Shown: positions 25,684 through 33,816 of the stretch, one piece after another
Layout: each line of letters begins with the position of its first letter
How positions within the stretch are numbered: the stretch's first letter is position 1
From: a virus
Taxonomy: Duplodnaviria > Caudoviricetes
IMG/VR virus record: IMGVR_UViG_3300043442_000535
Span: 1-33,816 of that record
DNA: 33,816 bases
Direction: 5' to 3' (one strand)
Notes under the pieces: model-generated
What the model saw: the letters and a program-made list of their open reading frames with translations, nothing else
What the model was told of the DNA's origin: nothing
The model's database searches: none
Made by a program: the position numbers and the translations under genes

Positions 25684-26457
25684 GTGGATACCACCGAATA
25701 CAGCCCCGAGGAAGACCCCGTACTTGACGGACAAGTTGACGAAGTGGGCGGAACCGAAGATGATGTACCCGTCATCGACATTGACGCTCTTGGCGATCAC
25801 TATGTGACAGTCAAGGTGGACGGTGAAGACGTCAGGGTGCCACTCTCAGAGGCAGTTGCTGGCTACTCGCGTCAAGCGGACTACACGCGCAAGACGCAGG
25901 AACTGGCACAACAGCGTCAAGAACTCCAATGGGCTTCTGCCATTAGAGCAGCGCTGGAAAACGACCCTGCTGGAACCATTGATTTGCTGGCTGATCATTA
26001 TGGCGTAAGCCGCAAGGAAGCGCAGCGAATGGTGGACGAGGATCCGTATCTTACGGATAATCATTACGGCATGGAAGATCCAGTTGCGAAGCGTCTCGCG
26101 GAAATCGACACTCGCGTGTCGGCTTTTGAGAAGATGCAGGCTCAGCAGAGGCTGGAAGCGGAGATTGAGAGGCTGCAGGCCGCATACGGCGAAGACTTCA
26201 ACGCCCAAGAGGTCGTATCTGCTGCGCTTGCGCAGGGGAGCACGAACTTGGAGGCGGTCTTCAAACAGATCGCTTTTGACCGAATCGCAACACGCCGCAA
26301 AGTTGAAGCCGAGAAGACGTCGGCTAAAACGGAAGCCAAGCGAACCGCTGCGGTTGTGTCTGGAGCAACGAGTGCGAAGACAGCGAAGGATGATGCTGGG
26401 CCGATCCGTTCCATTGTCGATGCCTACAACGCCGCGAAGCGGACGTTGGGGCAATAA
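25684..26457 (+). CDS. Capsid scaffolding protein
   Basis: Acidic N-terminus; VKVDGE...GYSRQADYTRKTQELA; lies between portal and capsid. Confidence 0.85.
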   Translation: MDTTEYSPEEDPVLDGQVDEVGGTEDDVPVIDIDALGDHYVTVKVDGEDVRVPLSEAVAGYSRQADYTRKTQELAQQRQELQWASAIRAALENDPAGTIDLLADHYGVSRKEAQRMVDEDPYLTDNHYGMEDPVAKRLAEIDTRVSAFEKMQAQQRLEAEIERLQAAYGEDFNAQEVVSAALAQGSTNLEAVFKQIAFDRIATRRKVEAEKTSAKTEAKRTAAVVSGATSAKTAKDDAGPIRSIVDAYNAAKRTLGQ

Positions 26458-26475
26458 CCACGAAAGGGGCCAATC

Positions 26476-27420
26476 ATGGCTGCTGGAAACTCCAACTTCG
26501 ACACTCTGCTGTCGACCACCATTGCCAACTACCGCAAGACTCTCACGGACAACATCTTCACCGCCCGTCCGCTGACCTACTTCCTCATGGACAAGGGTCG
26601 CATTCGGATGCTCAACGGCGGTACGAAGATTGTTGAGCCGCTGATCTACGGTCAGAACTCAACTGTCGGCTCGTACTCGGGCTACGACACGATCAGCCTC
26701 ACCGCCCAGTCGGGCATTTCGGCTGCCGAGTACGATTGGAAGCAGTACGCTGCTTCGATCGCCATCTCGGGAATCGAAGAGGCGAAGAACAACGGCGAGC
26801 AGGCCATCATCAACCTTCTGGAAGCCAAGATCATGCAGGCTGAGGAGTCGATGAAGGAAGGCTTCAACCAGATGTTCTTCAGCGACGGCACGGGCAACTC
26901 GGGCAAGAACTGGCTCGGTCTCGGCGCCATCGTGGAGTCGGGCAACACCGTTGGTGGCATCGATTCGTCGGATGCTGACAACACTTGGTGGCGTTCGTAT
27001 GAGGAGAACACCGCTGGTGCTCTCACTCTCGCCCAGATGACCACGGCGTACAACAGCGTCTCGGTCGGCAACGACCATCCTGACATGGTTCTGACCACTC
27101 AGACCCTGTTTGAGAAGTACGAGTCGCTGCTGCAGCCGCAGTTGCGGTACACCGACACGAAGACCGCTGACGCGGGCTTCCAGAACCTGCTGTTCAAGGC
27201 TGCTCCTGTGGCCTACGACGTGCATTGCACCGCTGGTGTGGTGTACTTCCTCAACAGCAAGTACCTGACCCTCGTCGGTCACAGCGACAAGTGGTTTGAG
27301 ACCACCGCCTTCGTGCGTCCCGAGAACTTGGACGCTCGCTACTCGCTGATCATGTGCTACGGCAACCTCACCTGCCGTAACCGCAAGAAGCAGGGCAAGT
27401 TGACGGCGAAGACCGCCTGA
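26476..27420 (+). CDS. Major capsid protein
   Basis: 314 aa after the scaffold; strongly C-ending codon usage; followed by a strong hairpin. Confidence 0.85.
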   Translation: MAAGNSNFDTLLSTTIANYRKTLTDNIFTARPLTYFLMDKGRIRMLNGGTKIVEPLIYGQNSTVGSYSGYDTISLTAQSGISAAEYDWKQYAASIAISGIEEAKNNGEQAIINLLEAKIMQAEESMKEGFNQMFFSDGTGNSGKNWLGLGAIVESGNTVGGIDSSDADNTWWRSYEENTAGALTLAQMTTAYNSVSVGNDHPDMVLTTQTLFEKYESLLQPQLRYTDTKTADAGFQNLLFKAAPVAYDVHCTAGVVYFLNSKYLTLVGHSDKWFETTAFVRPENLDARYSLIMCYGNLTCRNRKKQGKLTAKTA

Positions 27421-27431
27421 TACGTCTGGTT

Positions 27432-27465
27432 GTGGGGGGTCGCCTGTTTGATGGCGATCCCCCAC
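27432..27465 (+). terminator. Hairpin after the capsid gene
   Basis: GTGGGGGGTCGCC/GGCGATCCCCCAC 13-bp stem (one G-U); no immediate U-tract. Confidence 0.6.
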
Positions 27466-27497
27466 GATCTGCAATCTTTCACAAGAACGGAGTAGCA

Positions 27498-27728
27498 ATG
27501 GCAAGTCGCAAAGACAAGAATCGATTCCAGACAAGTCGTTCACTTGGTGGATACGACCCAGTTGACGGTTTTATTCCTTACAACTATGAGGCTGGAAGCC
27601 CTGGTGGGCCCAATAAGGCTTCGCGCCAACGGGCTGCAAAAATGAGTGCTTCTCGCAAAAAGCAGATTTTGAACTCTGCTGGAACCGCAAAGAGTTACAA
27701 GCAAACTGGTTCAAAAAAGAAGAAGTAA
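27498..27728 (+). CDS. Small basic hypothetical protein
   Basis: GGAG RBS, then ATG 27498; Lys/Arg-rich. Confidence 0.55.
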   Translation: MASRKDKNRFQTSRSLGGYDPVDGFIPYNYEAGSPGGPNKASRQRAAKMSASRKKQILNSAGTAKSYKQTGSKKKK

Positions 27729-27749
27729 CGCTTTCCGCCATTAGTGATG
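27725..27749 (+). promoter_or_regulatory. Late motif GTAACG-N13-GTGATG, copy 3
   Basis: Heads the adaptor/tail operon. Confidence 0.7.
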
Positions 27750-27977
27750 GCTGGAACACCCGCATACTCCTTCTACGGCGAACCCGCAGTTCGCGGTTCA
27801 CGTCCGTACGCTACAGCAGATGCCTCGCCCGCACCAGCGGGCGGCATGCCGTATCTCGGTCATACACGCTGCATGGCAAACGAAGGCACCTGCCAAGGTT
27901 CCCGTGCCAAAGGCACCGATCTGTGCATTGGGCATTTGAGATCTTGGGCAAAGGAGCAAGCACGTGAATCTCAATGA
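27744..27977 (+). CDS. Small hypothetical protein with a C-C-C-H cluster
   Basis: C...C...CIGH; starts at the late motif. Confidence 0.6.
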   Translation: MMAGTPAYSFYGEPAVRGSRPYATADASPAPAGGMPYLGHTRCMANEGTCQGSRAKGTDLCIGHLRSWAKEQARESQ

Positions 27978-28656
27978 AATCCGTTCCAAGATTCGCGAGA
28001 TTGTCGATCTAGGGGCAGAAGACGTTTCCGACACCCTCCTTGCTATGTATGTCAAGGATGGTTACGAACGAATCATCGCAACCGAACGTCGATGGCCTTT
28101 CTTCCAGAAGACGTACACCATGAACACAGTCGCTGGTCAACGTGCCTATGACATCGACTTGATTGGTGACGGTGATTTGCGGGAAGTCACGTCGATTGTT
28201 GACACGTCCGCTGTTGGGCGGAGAATCGAGTTGATTGCGTATGATGATGCGGAATCGATTTGGGTTGGGAACTTCGATCAAGCGCAACGTCCGCTGTATT
28301 TCTCGTTGTGGCAGGACAAGGTGCATTTGTGGCCCAAGCCCGATGCGATCTATCCGCTGGTGGTTCGCGGATACCGCAAACCGACCGACTGGTCTGCTTC
28401 CAACTCAACTGAGGTTGACGCAGATGATCGTCTGCATCAACCGTTGGTGTATTACGGGGTGGCGCAGGTTTATCAGTTGCAGGAAGATGTTGAACTTGCG
28501 ACGTTTTATCGTCGCACGTTCGATGAGGCTGTCCGTTTGGCTGTGTCGGACATCATGCGCCCGCCGTCACAGCGACCGTTTGCGTTCGCTGATGGTGTGC
28601 CGCGCATGTCGCAACGCTGGTGGCTGCAAGGGCTAGGAAGAACTCTTGGTCAATGA
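27964..28656 (+). CDS. Head-tail adaptor (tail tubular protein A-like)
   Basis: MNLNEIRSKIR..., WPF, LWPKPD; position after the capsid. Confidence 0.7.
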   Translation: MNLNEIRSKIREIVDLGAEDVSDTLLAMYVKDGYERIIATERRWPFFQKTYTMNTVAGQRAYDIDLIGDGDLREVTSIVDTSAVGRRIELIAYDDAESIWVGNFDQAQRPLYFSLWQDKVHLWPKPDAIYPLVVRGYRKPTDWSASNSTEVDADDRLHQPLVYYGVAQVYQLQEDVELATFYRRTFDEAVRLAVSDIMRPPSQRPFAFADGVPRMSQRWWLQGLGRTLGQ

Positions 28657-30266
28657 GCCGTCTGTCACTGCTTCGTACCGACGATTTCACGGGCGGGTTG
28701 AACCTTCGGGCTGATCCGTTTCAGTTGGGATCCAACGAGTCGCCTGACTTGTTGAATGTCGACATTGATCCGCGTGGCGGATTTTCGATGCGTGGCGGCA
28801 TGGTGAAGTTCAATGCGTCCGCTGTTGGCGGTATTGCGAACGGTTCGTTTGCGCCGCGACGTTTGTGGGCTTGGAATGCTGCAACACCGCAAGTGTTGCT
28901 GGCTGCAAACAATGGCGTGTACTACGCCACTACTGCCAACTTCACGTCAATGAGCGTTACGACGACAGCACCCTTTGGTGCGTCGTTTGCGGAGTGGACA
29001 ACTGGTACTGGTGCGTTTGTGTACATTGCAACTGGCACAACGCCGAAGAAGTGGAATGGTTCTTCTGTGACGACGTTGACTGCTTCTGGGACGTCGCAAT
29101 GGCAGGACGATTTGTCTAACTCCAATGGTACTCACATGCCGACTGCTCGCTTCGCGGCGTCGCATGTGGATCGTATGTGGGTTGCGTACACGACAGAGAA
29201 CGGTTCGGATTATCCGAATCGTATTCGTTTCTCTCATCCGTTCTTTCCCGAGTCTTGGCGGGAAACGGATTACATCGACATTGTTGAGGGCGGTTCGGGT
29301 ATTACGGCTGTTGTGCCGTTCAATGGTTCGTTGCTTGTGTTCAAGAAACGTGCCGTGTTTGCGATTCTGGGTTACTCAACCGACACGTTTCAGGTTGTGA
29401 CTTTGACGACAGAGGTTGGTGCGGTGAATCCGCAATGTGTTGCTGCTTCTGAACGTGCCGTGTATTTCTTGTCGTGGCCTGACGGTTTGATGATGTATGA
29501 CGGGCAAAGGTTCTTGGATTTGTTTGCTCAGATCCGTCCCGCCATTCAGGATGGCGATGTGAACGAATCCGCTCAGGATGCGATGTCGGTGGCGTGGGTG
29601 AACCGCAAAGTGTGGGTTGCGTTGCCGTGGGGTGTCGCAACCAAAGCGAAGTACACGTTCGTGTACGACCCTTCGTTGGGTGAGCGTGGCGCTTGGACGA
29701 AGTACCAGACTGCTGACGCTTTTGGCGTTGGTTTGGGTGTTGATTATGTGACTTCGACTGGTGCAACGCACAGGCTCATTTGCCATCCCGATAAGGCGTA
29801 TGTGTTGCGTGTCGATCTTGCGTCCTCTCCTGTCGATGATGTGGGCGCTGGCAATGCGAACTACAGTTCGTATTACGTGACACGTTGGCAGGACGCTGGA
29901 AGCATTTCTGCAAGAAAGATGTGGCGTCGTCCCGACTTCGTTGCGAAGCAAACGACAGTCGATACGACGTTGACGATGCAGGTGTATCACGATTGGGAAG
30001 AGTCGGTGGTGGCGCGTACTTTCCAAGTGTTTCTTGACGGTTCCAGCGACGCGCTGGTGTGGGCTGCTCCAGCAACTGAACCAGATGCCATTGATGGATG
30101 GAACGAAGCAGACTGGGGTGAGTCTGCTACTGGTGCCGTGTTTGCGAAGGGATCAAACATGGGTTTGGCTCGTTCTGTTCAGTTGAAGATTTCTTCTGAT
30201 GGCGGAAAGCCGTGGGGTATCAACTCAATCGCTTACAAGTTCAATCCAAGAAAGGTGCGTGCCTGA
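28653..30266 (+). CDS. Tail nozzle / stabilisation protein (P22 gp10 / T7 gp12-like)
   Basis: DFTGGLN N-terminus; beta-propeller-like repeats; ATG 28653. Confidence 0.75.
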   Translation: MSRLSLLRTDDFTGGLNLRADPFQLGSNESPDLLNVDIDPRGGFSMRGGMVKFNASAVGGIANGSFAPRRLWAWNAATPQVLLAANNGVYYATTANFTSMSVTTTAPFGASFAEWTTGTGAFVYIATGTTPKKWNGSSVTTLTASGTSQWQDDLSNSNGTHMPTARFAASHVDRMWVAYTTENGSDYPNRIRFSHPFFPESWRETDYIDIVEGGSGITAVVPFNGSLLVFKKRAVFAILGYSTDTFQVVTLTTEVGAVNPQCVAASERAVYFLSWPDGLMMYDGQRFLDLFAQIRPAIQDGDVNESAQDAMSVAWVNRKVWVALPWGVATKAKYTFVYDPSLGERGAWTKYQTADAFGVGLGVDYVTSTGATHRLICHPDKAYVLRVDLASSPVDDVGAGNANYSSYYVTRWQDAGSISARKMWRRPDFVAKQTTVDTTLTMQVYHDWEESVVARTFQVFLDGSSDALVWAAPATEPDAIDGWNEADWGESATGAVFAKGSNMGLARSVQLKISSDGGKPWGINSIAYKFNPRKVRA

Positions 30267-31252
30267 TGGCAACTGCTGCAGTTACTTACACGTTTGTCAA
30301 TGGCACCAATGCTGATGGCACGCAGGTCAATGCGAACTTCACGTCGGTGCTCAACTTCCTGAATACGGAGGTTGTTCACCGTGACGCTTCGATTGCGTTC
30401 ACCGCTATTCCGACACTTCCTGCTTCTGATCCGTCGACGGACAATCAGGCTGTCCGCAAGTCGTATGTCGATCAGATCATTCCTGCTGGCGTGATCACCC
30501 AGTATGCTGGCTCGTCCGCCCCGTCTGGCTGGGTGTTCTGCGATGGCACGGCTTATAGTCGTACGAATCCGACGTACACACGCCTGTTCGCGGCTATTGC
30601 CACGAACTACGGCGTGGGTGATGGCGCCACGACATTCAACGTGCCCGATCTCCGTGGTCGTTTTCCTGTTGGTCGCAATGCTTCCGATGCGTCGTTTGAC
30701 GTGTTGGCGGAGACTGGTGGAACGAAAACGGAGTCGTTGACGACGGCGCAGATTCCGTCGCATACGCATGGTGTTGGGACGTACGCCGTAGGGACTTCGG
30801 CTGAGCACTCTCACAACAACACGTTTTCGATTGGTTCCAATGGTGCACACACGCATACTGCGTCTGGAACAACTGGTCTCGGTGGCGCACATTCGCACGG
30901 TGTTTCTGGTGGAATCAACTATTTCGCATTCAACAAGGGCAGTTACAGTTCGCCAGATTATCTCGCTGGATACTCGTCCAATAATGACGGGATCATTGAC
31001 GGATTGTCGGGCGGCAGCGGCGGCGCTTCTCTGTACTTTGGCACCACCACGGGTTCGGTTGCCGATCACACGCACACTTTTTCTGCTTCTACCGATTCGC
31101 AGGGAAGCCACAGCCACTCTATTGCTGGTGGCGTTTCAAACGGTGGTGCACATACGCACACCTTGTCTGGTGCTTCTCTTGCAACTGGCGAAGGCCAGTC
31201 GCACAACAACCTGCCTCCCTACATCGTGGTGAATCACATCATCAAACTATGA
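30266..31252 (+). CDS. Tail fibre with tail-collar domain and HxH metal-binding needle
   Basis: PAGVITQYAGSSAPSGWVFCDG...FNVPDLRGRF; seven HxH motifs; HNNLPPY...IIK. Confidence 0.85.
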   Translation: MATAAVTYTFVNGTNADGTQVNANFTSVLNFLNTEVVHRDASIAFTAIPTLPASDPSTDNQAVRKSYVDQIIPAGVITQYAGSSAPSGWVFCDGTAYSRTNPTYTRLFAAIATNYGVGDGATTFNVPDLRGRFPVGRNASDASFDVLAETGGTKTESLTTAQIPSHTHGVGTYAVGTSAEHSHNNTFSIGSNGAHTHTASGTTGLGGAHSHGVSGGINYFAFNKGSYSSPDYLAGYSSNNDGIIDGLSGGSGGASLYFGTTTGSVADHTHTFSASTDSQGSHSHSIAGGVSNGGAHTHTLSGASLATGEGQSHNNLPPYIVVNHIIKL

Positions 31253-33105
31253 CGGCACGGTGGACTGCTCCTGACATTGCGGGACTGCGCGGCGACAACA
31301 CGAGGCCGTTGCAGAAGATTTTCGCGTCCCTGACCGAGTATCTGCAAGGTCTTGTTGAGAACACTCGCGTACTGCAAACCTACGTCCGTAACGCCGAAAC
31401 AACCACGTTGGAGATCGGTGAGGTCGTGTATCTACACGAACGGCAGGGCGATCGTGCGACAGTCAAACGTGCGTCAAATACATCTGACGCTACGAGCGCG
31501 AAGACCCTTGGTGTCGTCGCGGAGAGGATCGCTCCGAATGCTGATGGTTTGGTGACCACTCAGGGTTATGTGTATCACATGAATCTGTCGGCGTTTACCG
31601 CTGGGCAGACCGTGTATTTGAGCAACGTGGCTGGTGGCATTACCGCCACCAAGCCCGTTGCGCCGAACCATCTTGTGTATGTGGGTGTTGTTGTTCGTGC
31701 GAATGCTGGCAATGGCATCTTGTATGCACGTGCGCAGAACGGTTACGAGTTGGATGAGATTCACGATGTATTGATTTCTTCTCCAACTCAGGGTCAAGTG
31801 TTGTCGTACAATGCGACGACATCTTTGTGGCAGAACTCCACGTTTTCCGATGGTGGTGGTTTGACGAACTTGAATGCGTCGAATCTTGCTTCGGGTACGG
31901 TTCCTTCTGCTCGTGTTTCTGGGTCGTACTCGGGGATTACTGGTGTTGGTACTTTGACTGGTTTGACGATTGGTGGCGCTGGTGCCAATCGTTCCATCAC
32001 CATCAACGCCCCATCTGGCTACTATGCCATTCAGTATTTTGCAATCAACGGAACAAACGAATGGCATTACGAAGTCACGCCTTCTGGATCTTCTTGGTCG
32101 CTGGTTGAATCTGGTGTCGCTGCTCGTCTTACAATGACGAACACCACGCTTACTGTTGCTGGTGGGGTAACCGCTTCAAGTCGTATTCATGCTCAAACTG
32201 ATCTTCGTGTTGGCAACACCAACTCTGCCGTTTTGTCAAGCGACGCTTATCGACTGACTGTTACGCCGCAGGCATACACGGGGTATCCAGTTTCGCTTGG
32301 CGAGTTTTATGCTTCTGCTGGCGTTGGTGGTGTGATCGGCCCATTGCGGGTTTATGGAACAACCAGCGTCACTATTACATCTGCGACAAACTCCGTTTGG
32401 GGCACGTTTGATGCAAACGAGTTCCGAGTCACTAGAAGTTCTTATTCTGGTGTTGTATTCAACTGCGGTGCAAGGGTGGAAGGCGCATACAGCGGTTGGT
32501 ATTTGGCTAATCGCAATACTGGTTCAGGCGAATACGCACTTTACGCTGATGCAAACACGCTTCGCATTTACGGGTCTGGGCCTGGAGATTGGATGTCTTT
32601 TGAAAGAGCAGGCAACCTATGGATTCGCTTCTCTCAATGGATGATCCCTACCGCAAATAATGTTCAATGGGTTGGAGGTATTCCAGCGTTCGGTTCAAAT
32701 GCGCTTGGCGGTTGCGGCGCATACAACTTCTACAACCCATCCGATGAGAGATACAAGAAGAACAAGAAACCGCTTTCCTTGGGGATGAGTTTCTTGCGTC
32801 GGCTCAATCCGATTTCTTTCACTTACTTGTATCCAGAGTTTGCCAATACGGACGATCATTCCGATCCATCCGCCCTTGTCCCCGTGTCGATTACAGAAGG
32901 ACAAAGGTTGCGTGCTGGTTTTTCCGCCCAAGAAGTGAAACAGGCAATGGATGCCGAAGGTTTCGGGGATTACAACTTCTGGTCATTGGCAGACAAGGAT
33001 CAGCCAGATTCGATGCAGGCTCTTGATTACACGGGATTTGTGGCGCCGATCGTAAAAGCAATACAGGAACTGGACTCCCGTTTGTCGTTGCTGGAAACAG
33101 CCTGA
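31249..33105 (+). CDS. Tail fibre/spike with C-terminal intramolecular chaperone (peptidase S74-like)
   Basis: SDERYKKN, GFSAQEV, LDY and VKAIQEL motifs; Gly/Ser/Thr-rich body. Confidence 0.85.
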   Translation: MTARWTAPDIAGLRGDNTRPLQKIFASLTEYLQGLVENTRVLQTYVRNAETTTLEIGEVVYLHERQGDRATVKRASNTSDATSAKTLGVVAERIAPNADGLVTTQGYVYHMNLSAFTAGQTVYLSNVAGGITATKPVAPNHLVYVGVVVRANAGNGILYARAQNGYELDEIHDVLISSPTQGQVLSYNATTSLWQNSTFSDGGGLTNLNASNLASGTVPSARVSGSYSGITGVGTLTGLTIGGAGANRSITINAPSGYYAIQYFAINGTNEWHYEVTPSGSSWSLVESGVAARLTMTNTTLTVAGGVTASSRIHAQTDLRVGNTNSAVLSSDAYRLTVTPQAYTGYPVSLGEFYASAGVGGVIGPLRVYGTTSVTITSATNSVWGTFDANEFRVTRSSYSGVVFNCGARVEGAYSGWYLANRNTGSGEYALYADANTLRIYGSGPGDWMSFERAGNLWIRFSQWMIPTANNVQWVGGIPAFGSNALGGCGAYNFYNPSDERYKKNKKPLSLGMSFLRRLNPISFTYLYPEFANTDDHSDPSALVPVSITEGQRLRAGFSAQEVKQAMDAEGFGDYNFWSLADKDQPDSMQALDYTGFVAPIVKAIQELDSRLSLLETA

Positions 33106-33115
33106 AAGGAAGCAA

Positions 33116-33253
33116 GTGGAACAGCAAGTTGATGTCAACAAAGTGATCGAATCCCTGATCCGTCAGGTGGCAGATTACGCCCAGAAGGTTGCCCTTCTGG
33201 AGGCGTACATCGTGCAAATCGAAGCCCAAAAGGGTAACGAACAGGCGGATTAG
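33116..33253 (+). CDS. 45-aa coiled-coil protein (not in the ORF track)
   Basis: AAAGGAAG RBS, GTG start; MEQQVDVNKVIESLIRQVADYAQKVALLEAYIVQIEAQKGNEQAD. Confidence 0.6.
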   Translation: MEQQVDVNKVIESLIRQVADYAQKVALLEAYIVQIEAQKGNEQAD

Positions 33254-33258
33254 TGATG
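33234..33258 (+). promoter_or_regulatory. Late motif GTAACG-N13-GTGATG, copy 4
   Basis: Heads the probable internal-protein operon. Confidence 0.7.
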
Positions 33259-33687
33259 GCCCTCTCCGATCTTGGACTCGCATACGAACCCCGCAGACGT
33301 TCCGCTGCCCAGCAGCGGGATGCCGTGCTGGCCCAAAACGCTTTCTCCCGTTTCCTGTCGCAGCAACGTGGCGCCCGCGACATCTCCGATTTGGATCGAC
33401 GGATGGGGAGAGGAACAGAGCAGGTTGCTGCTTCGTACGGCAAGCGTGGCTTGCGTACGAGCGGCATTATGGGTGAAGGCATGGGTGAGTATGCCCGCAC
33501 GTGGCAGACAGGACGTCAGGACATGATGCAAGCGTTGGCAGACAAGTTGAATCAGTTGAATCTGTCGGATGTTCAGGCTCGTGCTGGGTATGACGCGACG
33601 GCTGCTGAGATCGAGTTGCAGAAGCAGCGGGACATTCTGGCGACGGCAGCGTCGCTGGCTGGGTTCCGCCCGTTCTTGGGGAGTTGA
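33253..33687 (+). CDS. Probable small internal virion (ejection) protein
   Basis: Ala/Gln-rich and helical; RGLRTSG motif; follows the tail fibres. Confidence 0.55.
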   Translation: MMALSDLGLAYEPRRRSAAQQRDAVLAQNAFSRFLSQQRGARDISDLDRRMGRGTEQVAASYGKRGLRTSGIMGEGMGEYARTWQTGRQDMMQALADKLNQLNLSDVQARAGYDATAAEIELQKQRDILATAASLAGFRPFLGS

Positions 33688-33689
33688 TT

Positions 33690-33816
33690 ATGGCGCCGAG
33701 GTCACGTCCGATTGGTTCTGCTGATTCGATGGAACGTCAGATTGAGGCTGGTCGTCGTCGTACCACGACGCCTGCGCCTGCCAGTTCTGGTGTTGGTGAG
33801 TTCGGTTCAAATGAAG
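33690..33816 (+). CDS. Hypothetical virion protein, 3'-truncated
   Basis: GGGAG RBS, then ATG 33690; open to the window end. Confidence 0.5.
   Translation, partial: MAPRSRPIGSADSMERQIEAGRRRTTTPAPASSGVGEFGSNE

Noticed and set aside
8854-31393. Other GTAACG hexamers (near 8854, 10392, 18675, 31388)
   Set aside because: Inside coding sequence and lacking GTGATG at the 13-nt spacing; consistent with chance
30266-33105. Diversity-generating retroelement or invertible tail-fibre cassette
   Set aside because: No reverse transcriptase, invertase or duplicated template/variable repeat seen
1-33816. Firm host assignment to Actinobacteria
   Set aside because: SD style, the GTAACG motif and the holin type are suggestive only; no WhiB, integration site or host gene is present to confirm it

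Overview
Most of a tailed dsDNA phage genome with podovirus-like (P22/T7-type) virion architecture, apparently circularly permuted: the window opens inside a >2100-aa probable internal virion (ejection) protein and ends in the genes that would precede it. The plus-strand late module (21078-33816, continuing 1-6969) encodes terminase small and large subunits, a holin candidate, portal, scaffold, major capsid, adaptor, nozzle, two tail fibres, internal proteins and an M15-like endolysin. The minus-strand early/replication arm (6966-19750) encodes a COOH-NH2 amidoligase plus class II glutamine amidotransferase, DUF932, HTH proteins, a PD-(D/E)XK nuclease, a DnaB-like helicase, an AEP primase, RusA and a sigma70-region-4/Nmad1-like fusion. 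I saw no integrase, DNA polymerase, CRISPR array or canonical tRNA. The most interesting content is non-coding. (i) Five identical, co-oriented 19-mers with a palindromic core (AGTTGTGTGCTAGCACACA) punctuate the early arm. (ii) Two of them head a duplicated, covarying leader made of a tRNA-like acceptor/T-arm domain, an AC linker and a K-loop-like hairpin before the RBS. (iii) (CAA)n tracts abut early Shine-Dalgarno sites. (iv) A fixed-spacing late motif GTAACG-N13-GTGATG ends at start codons. All family calls come from motif recognition by eye, not from database searches.
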